From a virus, in the IMG/VR virus record IMGVR_UViG_3300022542_000190, positions 1 to 44,774 of that record: DNA of 44,774 nt. One strand, written 5' to 3'. Position 1 is the stretch's first letter. The number at the start of each line of letters is the position of its first letter. Below the pieces are notes generated by a model, which was given only the letters and a program-made list of their open reading frames with translations, did not search any database and was not told the origin of the DNA. Of this stretch, positions 20,410 through 28,820 are shown in pieces. A program made the position numbers and the translations under genes.

Positions 20410-21726
20410 TCAGCCTTCCTTCTTTTGTTGTGGTTCATCTATTAATTCATTAAACACTTGTGATAAATCTTCATTATAAACAAATGCCATTCCATCATCA
20501 GTCTCTACTTTAATTAATTTATGTCCGTTAACTAAATCAGCTACTGCATTTTTGAAATCTATTAATCTCATATCTCTACGCATCATTGCCCATAGTATAT
20601 CTGAATTCACAGGACCGTTTGCATGTTGAATAAATTCAATCATCTTTTGTCTAGCTAGAGCAATCGGAGATAAACCATATTCGCCGAGCGCATCAGGCAT
20701 AGATTTTTCAGTTTCCAATAATATCTCATGGGCTAGTTGAATATCTTTTTGTTCTATTGTTGCACGTTCATTTGTTGCAGCCAGAACCATTGCGACTTTT
20801 TCTAAATGTGTATGGCGGCGCATTGCATAAAACACAAATCGCGTATCAGGTATTTGGATTTCCTGATTATAGATATCATCTTCTAAACTGATTGCGCCTT
20901 TAGATAACATCATTGGAGTTCTGAAATCGTAGAACAAATGTTTATACATGTCACCTAAAGTATCTTCGAGTTCAGGTTTCACGTAGGATTTAGAAGGTGG
21001 TAATTTCTTACCTCGATGTGCTGCATGTACTAATATAATACGTGACATAAAGCCTTGACCTATCGCTTCCGCAGGTAATAGAGAAGCTAAATCTGCCGAA
21101 GTAGTACCGCCTAGTAAGTTTAACAATGCGTTTTTCAGCGTATGATGTTCCTTGCGGATTTTGTATCTGTAATCTTCCGCATCCCACATCTTGTTTAAGA
21201 ACCTTGTCATTTCTAGAGAGCCTTGTCCTAAGAAAGAACCAAATTCTGTAGCACAGATAAACAAAGTATGAGCATCTGGATTACTTGCGAAAACTTCCAT
21301 CTTAGTATTGCCCAATAAATCTATATCGGAATCTCCATCGAATAGATTAATATCTGTGACAGTAGAATCCTGCAACTGTGCAGCGATGTTATCTTTTTCT
21401 GAATCTTCTAGTGCTACGATTAAACCTTGGCGCTGTCCACCTGTATCATCAGGTGCGAATTTCACATTCGTATAACGCTTCATGAGATTAACTGGATAAT
21501 TAATCGCTGCATTTTTGCGAGTTCCTGGAGGCCCAACTAGAAGGCAATACATATTAGGATAGACATTGCCTATACCTAGTTTTAAATAAGTATGCCTGCC
21601 CAAACACGCAGCTGCTGTACACAAAGCCGCCCAAGTATGCATTGTTAAAGGGGATTCAGTATGTTCAACGTAGTCTAAATGTGTTTTAAGGAAATCGTTT
21701 TTGTTTACTAAGTCAACTATGGACAC
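20410..21726 (-). CDS. P-loop NTPase, DUF3987-like putative replicative helicase or primase-associated ATPase
   Basis: Deviant Walker A LLVGPPGTRKN preceded by HTWAALCTAAACLG. Located in the replication module. Confidence 0.45.
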   Translation of the reverse strand: MSIVDLVNKNDFLKTHLDYVEHTESPLTMHTWAALCTAAACLGRHTYLKLGIGNVYPNMYCLLVGPPGTRKNAAINYPVNLMKRYTNVKFAPDDTGGQRQGLIVALEDSEKDNIAAQLQDSTVTDINLFDGDSDIDLLGNTKMEVFASNPDAHTLFICATEFGSFLGQGSLEMTRFLNKMWDAEDYRYKIRKEHHTLKNALLNLLGGTTSADLASLLPAEAIGQGFMSRIILVHAAHRGKKLPPSKSYVKPELEDTLGDMYKHLFYDFRTPMMLSKGAISLEDDIYNQEIQIPDTRFVFYAMRRHTHLEKVAMVLAATNERATIEQKDIQLAHEILLETEKSMPDALGEYGLSPIALARQKMIEFIQHANGPVNSDILWAMMRRDMRLIDFKNAVADLVNGHKLIKVETDDGMAFVYNEDLSQVFNELIDEPQQKKEG

Positions 21727-21729
21727 AGA

Positions 21730-22029
21730 TTACTTCTCCAAATGGCCTGTTGATTGAGCATATTTAATATATTTTAAAGATCTTTCTTTTTTATTGTCTA
21801 TTAAATATCTATCTAGGTCGGGTACTCTGTCAAATTCATCACAAAACATTTCATATGCAGCAATTAAATCATGTAGTTCGTGACGTATCTGTACCCAAGC
21901 TGTATTTTGTGTTTCTGGATTTACATCAAACATACCAAATCTAGTTGCTTTACTTATAGCTTGTACAATTTCTCCAGCTTCTTCACTAATGCAAGATAAT
22001 TTATAATCTAATAAAGTTCTTTTATTCAT
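21730..22029 (-). CDS. MazG-like nucleotide pyrophosphohydrolase (99 aa)
   Basis: ISEEAGEIVQAISKATRFG motif. Start trimmed to ATG 22029, an 8-nt overlap with the polymerase stop. Confidence 0.55.
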   Translation of the reverse strand: MNKRTLLDYKLSCISEEAGEIVQAISKATRFGMFDVNPETQNTAWVQIRHELHDLIAAYEMFCDEFDRVPDLDRYLIDNKKERSLKYIKYAQSTGHLEK

Positions 22030-24538
22030 TTTGTTTACTCCACCAATTTTTATCATGCTGTTCAATTTCTGCATAAAGATCTTTACTATGCAGAGTAATA
22101 TCCTCATACCAATCAATCATTCGCTTGCCCCAGCCCAACCCAACCTCACCTTCTACTGGAACTACAAAAGTCCTGCCATGTATTACACACTCTCGTTCCA
22201 TTTGTTCTTTTAAATTTTTAAGTAAATGCAATTTGTCTTTTCTAACTTGTCCGACTACTGAATCATGTACTTGAAAGAATATCATTATATCTGTAGAATC
22301 ATTGATAGTTGATTTATTAGTTTTGAAAGGTGAATTAGGGTAATGGAAATCATCCATGAAATTATTAATGTTACCAGCCGTGCCAGCCTGCCCAAAGAAC
22401 GATGCGAGTTCTCGTAGTGTAGCTTTATTGTGCATGATATCCCCAAAGAATAACCTCGTTGCACCACCGAAAGCTGTAACCATATTGGAATTTTGCGTAG
22501 CTGCTAGCTTCTGTTCTTCTAACCAAGGTTTTAAAACTGGATACATCTGGAAATAAGATTCTATAAAGCTATCACAGAGTTTAATTAGTTGTTTGTAGTT
22601 CCACGAACCTGCATTATCGTAGCCTAAGTGTTTTGCCGCAGCCACAACTGCATCTTGTCCCATTGTTAAGAACAAAGTATACCCTGTCATAAGATAATTC
22701 GCACCGTAGACTACACGTTTTGTAATGGAACGAACGCCTGTCAGTTTATGTATGCACCAATCTTCTTTATTCTTCTTACCTTCTACGAGTTTCTCAAAAG
22801 GTATCTTGAAGAAATGCGCAGCGTGTAGTAGATGAACATCATGCGGAGATAACATATTCTCCATATACTTAGGGTCTTCTGATTCGAAGGCTGTGAAGTA
22901 AGAATCTGATTGCGAATAATCGAAATCAAATAGCACATAGCCGTCGTCTGGTTCAAACAAAACGCGCATCGGTGACGGTACATTTTGCACATTAGTTCCG
23001 TACCAAAAGTCAGATGCTTTAGATGCAAGTCGCCACGATTCTGTACCCGCGGCAGATAATTTATACATCATGCGTGAGTTTAGTAATTTAAGTTCACCAT
23101 ATTTGGAAGCATTGTTGGCTGGTTTTTTAGCATTCCAGAGTTGCTGGATAATACGTTTGTATAACGGGTGCTGCGTAGCAACTAGTTTAAATACAGGTTC
23201 TACCGTTGTGCGTTTTTGGCGCGGAATTTCTTCAGCATTTAGTATATCGTAGACTAATTTCTGTACTTGCTTCGGCGAGTTGGCATTGAAATCTGGATTC
23301 CCTGTCATTTGTTTGAGTTCAAAATCCGCAGCATCAGCTTCCAGTGTCAAGTCCATAAACATTTTAGATTGGATTTTCTGATTCCATTTAGTACCCCGCA
23401 TTGATGCAGATAAACAAGGGCCGATTTGCAAACGGAATTCCTTGACGTAATTTTTTACTGCCCAATCCATTTGCGGCGCAGAGTATACCAATAGTAAGTA
23501 CATAGAATCTAATAGAGTATAGTAGCAGTCGAGTGCATTGTATCGCCAGTATAGTTTTAATCCGTATTCCGTTTGCGGAATTTTAATATCTTTCTTATCA
23601 TCTTTTTCTTCCTTAGATGATTCATCTTTCCAGAATCTGTAGAAGTCTAAACAGATTGACGAGATAAAGTCTAGCCGTTTGGGAGCTTCAGGCCAGATAC
23701 AGTGGAACAAATGCATAGTATCTACAGTATAATTGTTAAGAGGCAGATGATAAGTAATAAAGTGAGTGGAGTCATAGCTACCATTCTGCATAACTTTGTA
23801 ACTGGTAGTCTTATGTATCTCTTTAAGTGTTTCAAACGCATAAATTTCATCCTCTGTGTTGCGCCAGTAACGCCCATCTGGTTGAGTAGTATCCACGAAT
23901 GGGATTACGTAAGTATGCATAATTCCATCACGTCTCAAGCAGGCATAACCAGAACAAGTAATCATTATATTTTTACCTGTTCCAGATGTTTCGATATCAA
24001 CTCCGATAGCTACAGATTTAATAGCTGAAGTTACAGCTGCATCTAAGTGTTCTCTAGTCTGGCAAACTGTGTAGGCAAACTTAGGTTGATGCCTTTGAGT
24101 TCCTGTTAGCCAGCGTTTTAGTTTTAATAAATCTTGGCGCAAAATCCACTGGCCTTCATTCATTATCTTTGTCTTTTTAATATCATCTATCACGAGACAG
24201 TTGACACCTTCGAATAAATAAATAGATGAACGAGTCTGTGCTAAAGAAATATAATCTTGCGTGATAAAACCTAATGCGGCTTTGTCATTTATGATTATGA
24301 AATCTGGTTGAAATTTGGCAACTGATGCTGCGAATTTTGGATATAGTTTCTGATTCCAAGTGTATTTGTTCTTGGATTTTTTGATAAGACAGTGTTGTGT
24401 TAGGCAGACGACAGTGATTCGTGCATCAGATAGACCTACTTGTGCTAAATTATTTTTTAATAAAGATTCTAGGCCGCCTGAAAATTGCGGAGGACATAGC
24501 CAGAGTATTCTTTTATATTTATATTTATTATCTTGCAT
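22022..24538 (-). CDS. Family A DNA polymerase with a 3'-5' exonuclease domain and an N-terminal degenerate UDG-like extension
   Basis: Exo motifs VDIETSG, QNGSYDSTHF and YNALDCYY. Pol motif A DFDYSQSDSYF, motif B RSITKRVVYGANY and motif C QVHDSVV. Start set at ATG 24538 (AAGG RBS) because a terminator hairpin occupies 24560-24601. Confidence 0.9.
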   Translation of the reverse strand: MQDNKYKYKRILWLCPPQFSGGLESLLKNNLAQVGLSDARITVVCLTQHCLIKKSKNKYTWNQKLYPKFAASVAKFQPDFIIINDKAALGFITQDYISLAQTRSSIYLFEGVNCLVIDDIKKTKIMNEGQWILRQDLLKLKRWLTGTQRHQPKFAYTVCQTREHLDAAVTSAIKSVAIGVDIETSGTGKNIMITCSGYACLRRDGIMHTYVIPFVDTTQPDGRYWRNTEDEIYAFETLKEIHKTTSYKVMQNGSYDSTHFITYHLPLNNYTVDTMHLFHCIWPEAPKRLDFISSICLDFYRFWKDESSKEEKDDKKDIKIPQTEYGLKLYWRYNALDCYYTLLDSMYLLLVYSAPQMDWAVKNYVKEFRLQIGPCLSASMRGTKWNQKIQSKMFMDLTLEADAADFELKQMTGNPDFNANSPKQVQKLVYDILNAEEIPRQKRTTVEPVFKLVATQHPLYKRIIQQLWNAKKPANNASKYGELKLLNSRMMYKLSAAGTESWRLASKASDFWYGTNVQNVPSPMRVLFEPDDGYVLFDFDYSQSDSYFTAFESEDPKYMENMLSPHDVHLLHAAHFFKIPFEKLVEGKKNKEDWCIHKLTGVRSITKRVVYGANYLMTGYTLFLTMGQDAVVAAAKHLGYDNAGSWNYKQLIKLCDSFIESYFQMYPVLKPWLEEQKLAATQNSNMVTAFGGATRLFFGDIMHNKATLRELASFFGQAGTAGNINNFMDDFHYPNSPFKTNKSTINDSTDIMIFFQVHDSVVGQVRKDKLHLLKNLKEQMERECVIHGRTFVVPVEGEVGLGWGKRMIDWYEDITLHSKDLYAEIEQHDKNWWSKQNE

Positions 24539-24559
24539 GTTATACCTTAGAATGTTTAT

Positions 24560-24601
24560 TAAAAAAGACTCTGCAAACAAAGGGGATTATCTACAGAGTC
24601 T
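24560..24601 (-). terminator. Minus-strand hairpin plus T-run (attenuator or terminator) just upstream of the polymerase gene
   Basis: On the minus strand: AGACTCTG, 20-nt loop, CAGAGTCT, then TTTTTT. Confidence 0.6.
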
Positions 24602-24632
24602 AAGCTTATAATAATTGTATATTATTATTAGT

Positions 24633-24656
24633 ATTGCTTTATTGCTTTATTGAATT
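24633..24656. repeat. Three tandem 8-bp units: ATTGCTTT, ATTGCTTT, ATTGAATT
   Basis: Read directly. Abuts or overlaps the stop codon of 24655..25179. Confidence 0.8.
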
Positions 24657-25179
24657 AACCTTCTTGTGCTGTTTGAAAATCCGCAACAGTCATAGGCTTC
24701 TTCAAGTTAGCATAAACATAATCAGGATTATCTTTGTTCTTAACATTAGTAACGTCAGAAACAAATTCAATTCCCTGTGCTTTAGCTAGCAAGTCAGTCA
24801 ATGAACCTGCACCACCAACACCGATATCAATTAAGAACGCTTTAACACGACCTAAATCTTTATCAGCATTGTTAATCCAGATAGTTTCATTATGTTTAAT
24901 ACCTACATAATTAGCTGGGTCTAACTTTTCATCAACCAGCGCAAAACAATTTTGAGATTCAAGTTCAAAGTTGACAGTTGGCTTAGAAATTTTCGGACCT
25001 TGAGGATCATCTTTGTTAGTTGCTTCACGAGCTTCCAACTTAGCTTCAACTACACGCCAGAGAAATTTGCCAGCGGGGGTTGCCGAAGCACGATACTCTT
25101 CGACTTCATCCATGCTTATACCAGCTAAATCCATTAACGAAATTTCTTGTTCACCAATTAATACTGTATCTTCAGACAT
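24655..25179 (-). CDS. Acidic protein (174 aa), possibly a DUF669-like ssDNA-binding partner of the Sak4-like ATPase
   Basis: AAGGA RBS. Positioned next to the Sak4-like gene as in many phage recombination modules. Sequence resemblance is weak. Confidence 0.35.
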   Translation of the reverse strand: MSEDTVLIGEQEISLMDLAGISMDEVEEYRASATPAGKFLWRVVEAKLEAREATNKDDPQGPKISKPTVNFELESQNCFALVDEKLDPANYVGIKHNETIWINNADKDLGRVKAFLIDIGVGGAGSLTDLLAKAQGIEFVSDVTNVKNKDNPDYVYANLKKPMTVADFQTAQEG

Positions 25180-25240
25180 TTTATAGTTCCTTTTTTAGTT
25201 TTATAAAAATTATAATTATAGATAATATAATTATTTGTAG

Positions 25241-25268
25241 ATTGCAAATTGCATATTGCTTATTGCTC
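25241..25268. repeat. Four tandem 7-bp units: ATTGCAA, ATTGCAT, ATTGCTT, ATTGCTC
   Basis: Read directly. Overlaps the stop codon of 25260..25445. Confidence 0.8.
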
Positions 25269-25445
25269 GATGTAACCTTCGAACACGATGATACCTGTGC
25301 CAAGGTCTTCGACTAGATGAACAGAATCAATCTGAGCACCTTCGCCTTCAACTTCACTAGTTTCATTAGCATTGCCAATGATAACGATTTCTTTGTCGAC
25401 TAAGTTCTTGTCGACAATTGCTTTGATTAAATCAGAACCTAACAT
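25260..25445 (-). CDS. Small acidic hypothetical protein (61 aa)
   Basis: AAGGAA RBS. Confidence 0.45.
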   Translation of the reverse strand: MLGSDLIKAIVDKNLVDKEIVIIGNANETSEVEGEGAQIDSVHLVEDLGTGIIVFEGYIEQ

Positions 25446-25567
25446 TTTAATATTCCTTTTTAGTTGTGGTGGTGTAATAATTTAGCTGGTTACAATATCC
25501 AGTGTGACCCTTCGTTGTCACTGCACTATTTAAAGATACGCCTGATACCCAAGTCGAACAGGAAAGA

Positions 25568-26569
25568 CTATACGGCTTTTTTAATTAATCCTTTTAAACC
25601 CAATTTTGCTGGAGCTGGATTTATTTTCGGCGGTACATTTGTTTCAAGGGAAGTTCCTCCTGTAGGTAAGTCGGGTTTAAAATCTAAGTATGGTAAATCA
25701 GCGGGGGGTAACGGAATGTTTGCTAAGGCGCAAATTTTATCCCATGTTAAATCTGCCCACATATATGAATTCGGCGGTATAATACGTGAACCACCTTCAG
25801 CATCTTTGTCAGCGCGAGTTTCTACTTTAGTAACAGAAGCAGACGCATTGTTGAAGAATAAAATATCAGAGAATTTATCTCCGATAGTAAGAGAATGGGG
25901 ATTAGATGTAGATTTTACAACACGTCTAGACCATTCCATTTTCTTTCCATCTTTAGAATACTTTTCATACTGAGAAGCATGACCTATAACAATTACGTGG
26001 CAAGGTAGTTTAGTGATTCGTTCGAGAATAAAAGAAGCTAAACCCCCTGAAACTGCGTAGCCATTGCGTTTAACATTCATGTCTTTAGAATCATCTTCGG
26101 ATAAATCAGTTAAATCTATCTGGCGTTCTTTGGCATACGCGAATTTCAAAGAGTTTACAATTGCTGTGTAAGAATCTAGGATTAAAACTGTGTTAGAGTT
26201 TAAGTGTTTATCCTTTGACAGTTCTACACAGTTCTCGTTTAAATCTTTTTGAAATGGGATAACTTTTAATTCTTTTTCATCAAACCATACTTTGCCTTGC
26301 TTTAAAAATCGTGCAAGGAATTGGGAAGCAACTGGTTGTGTTAGAGAATCACGACACTCGAATAGATTAAGACGTTTTTTCGCAGCATCAGATAAGTTAC
26401 GTGTGAGAATATGATAACCGTGGTCTGCATCTAATAAGATTACGTTGAACCCTGCTTCGGCGGCTGTACCTGCGAGCCAAGTTTTGCGTGTCTTCGGTGC
26501 GCCGTAGAATAACTCGCGGAGGAGAATAGAGTTTTCAGCATTGATTGTTTTAGTTTCTAGTGTGGGCAT
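25568..26569 (-). CDS. Sak4-like (AAA_24 / RecA-fold) ATPase
   Basis: Deviant Walker A FYGAPKTRKTW and Walker B VLILDSY. Followed by ...VIVIGHA.... Confidence 0.5.
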   Translation of the reverse strand: MPTLETKTINAENSILLRELFYGAPKTRKTWLAGTAAEAGFNVILLDADHGYHILTRNLSDAAKKRLNLFECRDSLTQPVASQFLARFLKQGKVWFDEKELKVIPFQKDLNENCVELSKDKHLNSNTVLILDSYTAIVNSLKFAYAKERQIDLTDLSEDDSKDMNVKRNGYAVSGGLASFILERITKLPCHVIVIGHASQYEKYSKDGKKMEWSRRVVKSTSNPHSLTIGDKFSDILFFNNASASVTKVETRADKDAEGGSRIIPPNSYMWADLTWDKICALANIPLPPADLPYLDFKPDLPTGGTSLETNVPPKINPAPAKLGLKGLIKKAV

Positions 26570-26775
26570 TAGTTGGATTCCTTATTTTTTAAAGAATATA
26601 TTGCTAAATTCTTTCTGCACATTACTTCTTGCCAAGCCATATAAGCTATTTTTATATATAATTTATAATGTTTGGGTGGGATATCTTCTTTATTAGGCAG
26701 TATACGCCAAGCGTTATCAGCAAACCAAGCTTCAAATTCTTTACGTTCCTCTAATGCTCTTTGTTCACTATCCAT
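26569..26775 (-). CDS. Hypothetical protein (68 aa)
   Basis: Start trimmed to ATG 26775, which has an AAGGA RBS and sits just after the upstream stop. Confidence 0.45.
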   Translation of the reverse strand: MDSEQRALEERKEFEAWFADNAWRILPNKEDIPPKHYKLYIKIAYMAWQEVMCRKNLAIYSLKNKESN

Positions 26776-26776
26776 T

Positions 26777-27112
26777 TTATTTATCCTTATTAACATGTTG
26801 TTCTAAACAAAGTCCAATTCGCGCAATAATACTCGGACACAATATCGTAGTTCCAGGAATTATGTGCTGTGAAGTCATGGAATAAACACCCTGTAAATCA
26901 CTAGCAATAATTAAAGGGTCAACTTCTGCACGTAAAGCCATTGAAACTAAGCGAGTAATTAGATTTACGATTTCGAAGTGCTCTTTAGAATCTATACGTA
27001 CGAATAACTCTGTGATTTTGCCAGATTCATCTGAATTAATTGTGATGTAGATAGGTAAATCATCTGCGAATAATTCGTAAGTTGTGCCTTTTGTAACGGA
27101 TTCTATTGTCAT
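26777..27112 (-). CDS. Stand-alone TSCPD-domain protein
   Basis: IYITINSDESGKITELFVRI...LITRLVSMALRAEVDPLIIASDLQGV...TILCPSIIARIGLCL fits the TSCPD domain found at the C-terminus of class II RNR. The motif is degenerate (ILCPS). Confidence 0.5.
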   Translation of the reverse strand: MTIESVTKGTTYELFADDLPIYITINSDESGKITELFVRIDSKEHFEIVNLITRLVSMALRAEVDPLIIASDLQGVYSMTSQHIIPGTTILCPSIIARIGLCLEQHVNKDK

Positions 27113-27168
27113 TTGTATGTTTAATCCTAAGCCTGTGGCTGTGTGCTATATGCTGCAATGATGTAGCT

Positions 27169-27555
27169 CTATTGAAGTAATATCTTCGACTGATTAGTGA
27201 AACGATACTCGTATAGATAAGGCAGTAAAGGTAGATTTAAAAGTTCACACTGTCTATCTATAACAGACCACGCTTGTATCATTTCTTCAGGTTTCACATC
27301 ATATAAACCTGCGATAGAAGTAAAGAGTTCCTGAAAATTATACTCTGGGTCTTTCTCACCTTCATAAACTATTGGAGAATCCAAAACATGTTCTTCGTAA
27401 GTTCGGCGCGCATTGAGATAGTAATAAAACAAGGCATGCTCAACTGGATTAGGTGTGAATAAGCCTAAAGGAATTATATACTGATGAAAAATCGGCAGTT
27501 CTATAATAGTATCTTCGGGTAATTCAGCTAAGAGATTTTTGAAATTAACTGACAT
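27169..27555 (-). CDS. Hypothetical protein (128 aa)
   Basis: TAATG overlap with the upstream gene. Confidence 0.5.
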   Translation of the reverse strand: MSVNFKNLLAELPEDTIIELPIFHQYIIPLGLFTPNPVEHALFYYYLNARRTYEEHVLDSPIVYEGEKDPEYNFQELFTSIAGLYDVKPEEMIQAWSVIDRQCELLNLPLLPYLYEYRFTNQSKILLQ

Positions 27556-27866
27556 TATTTCGTACCACTAAAATATACATAAGCCGCATTACAAACAGCT
27601 TCGTTAATTGTTTTGCCTTCGCCTAATACACATAGGTTTTTGTCTATGACACGGTATCTGTTAGTAAATGTAATATTGATGCCGCTAAAAGCCTGCAGCA
27701 CTAACTTATCTATTATCTCAACCATTTGGTCGTTGTTTGCGAGTGGGTTGTAAATAATCCTATGAAATCCATTTTTAGGATATCCTTGAACATCCTTGTC
27801 TAAATTAATCCTAACATATTCATAACCCATCTTTTTCGCAATAACTTTTAACTTTTCGGGTTTCAT
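27555..27866 (-). CDS. DUF2591/NinX-like hypothetical protein (103 aa)
   Basis: The pattern ...YNPLANNDQMVEIIDKL...GKTINEAVCNAAYVYFSG resembles DUF2591, but only weakly. Confidence 0.4.
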   Translation of the reverse strand: MKPEKLKVIAKKMGYEYVRINLDKDVQGYPKNGFHRIIYNPLANNDQMVEIIDKLVLQAFSGINITFTNRYRVIDKNLCVLGEGKTINEAVCNAAYVYFSGTK

Positions 27867-27868
27867 GA

Positions 27869-28138
27869 CTAGATAGTTCCAGATTTAGAATGCAAGTTTA
27901 ATTTCAAAGGACGTTTCGGACCTTTCATAGATAGAAGTCCACGTTGTACGGCTTGACGCATTTTGCTCATATGCACAATTTTAACAGGCGCAGTTTTCTT
28001 AATCATTGCATCGTAGAATTTCATTAGTTTTAAATAGCCACGATGTTGGATTAATACATTGCGTAGAGATTTACGATATAAAGGTTTACTGCGTGATTTA
28101 CCTGTACCATATGTAGATGCTACTAATTGATTTCTCAT
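27869..28138 (-). CDS. Highly basic small protein (89 aa)
   Basis: AAGGA RBS. K/R-rich throughout. Confidence 0.45.
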   Translation of the reverse strand: MRNQLVASTYGTGKSRSKPLYRKSLRNVLIQHRGYLKLMKFYDAMIKKTAPVKIVHMSKMRQAVQRGLLSMKGPKRPLKLNLHSKSGTI

Positions 28139-28142
28139 TTTG

Positions 28143-28313
28143 TTATTCCTTATTTAATAATGGGTGATTTGGTACTAATAGTCTTTCTGATTCATCTATT
28201 ATATGTTGAAATAAATCACAATATTTACCGTTCATACACCGTTCAGCTTCTGTGCAACCTTTTCGCGCTGTACGCAGAATGTTTTCAACTAAAACTGTTT
28301 CTTCTAAAGTCAT
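28143..28313 (-). CDS. Small ORF (56 aa: MTLEETVLVENILRTARKGCTEAERCMNGKYCDLFQHIIDESERLLVPNHPLLNKE), absent from the ORF track
   Basis: Fills the 176-bp gap exactly. Starts 1 nt after the upstream stop and ends 4 nt before the next start. Confidence 0.5.
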   Translation of the reverse strand: MTLEETVLVENILRTARKGCTEAERCMNGKYCDLFQHIIDESERLLVPNHPLLNKE

Positions 28314-28314
28314 T

Positions 28315-28599
28315 TTATTCTTCCGTTATAAAAATATTAAACTTCTCACGATAAGCTAGTTCTTCTTCAACAGGTTTTAATAAATTATTATAACAACTGT
28401 TTTCTTCCAGCATACTTTCAGATAACATCCAATCGAGATAGTAATTCGGAACATCTTCAATTGATACACCTTTGAATTGGCCAAATGGTAATATAGATTC
28501 AGCATCATCTAAGGATTTAAAATCTTTATTGATTACAGCTTCGAGTTCTTGCTGATTTCTAATTTGTTTTACTTTAGTTGTCATTTTGCTGGTGTCCAT
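28315..28599 (-). CDS. DUF3820-like protein (94 aa)
   Basis: LPFGQFKGVSIEDVPNYYLDWML matches the PFGKYKG...P..YL.W motif. Confidence 0.5.
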   Translation of the reverse strand: MDTSKMTTKVKQIRNQQELEAVINKDFKSLDDAESILPFGQFKGVSIEDVPNYYLDWMLSESMLEENSCYNNLLKPVEEELAYREKFNIFITEE

Positions 28600-28820
28600 T
28601 TCATCACTGTAAGAGCATTGAATTTTTTAAATCTTTTTAATAGATTAGCTGCCTTAGCTTGTTTATTTCTACAATATTTACAAACAGTTAGACGTTCTTC
28701 GTAGCAATAACGCCAGCCAAATGCGTTGATATCTTTAGGATATTTGCAACCAGTGCAGATTTTAGTTTCCGAAGGTGCGTGGGTTACTTCTTTTAAAACA
28801 GGAATATTTAATTGCATCAT
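28581..28820 (-). CDS. Zinc-ribbon protein (79 aa)
   Basis: CTGC...CKYC cysteine pairs. Start trimmed to the ATGA overlap with the nuclease stop. Confidence 0.45.
   Translation of the reverse strand: MMQLNIPVLKEVTHAPSETKICTGCKYPKDINAFGWRYCYEERLTVCKYCRNKQAKAANLLKRFKKFNALTVMKWTPAK

Noticed and set aside
22030-24580. Longer ORF-track starts for several genes (22116, 24580, 20438, 19132, 28847, 26796, 32046, 38075, 9880)
   Set aside because: In each case an internal ATG has a proper RBS and/or forms a stop-start overlap with the upstream gene. The extension would overlap a neighbouring gene, promoter or terminator.
25464-25973. 169-aa plus-strand ORF
   Set aside because: It lies antisense inside the Sak4-like ATPase gene and its downstream gap. 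It has no RBS, and the opposite strand has recognisable motifs.
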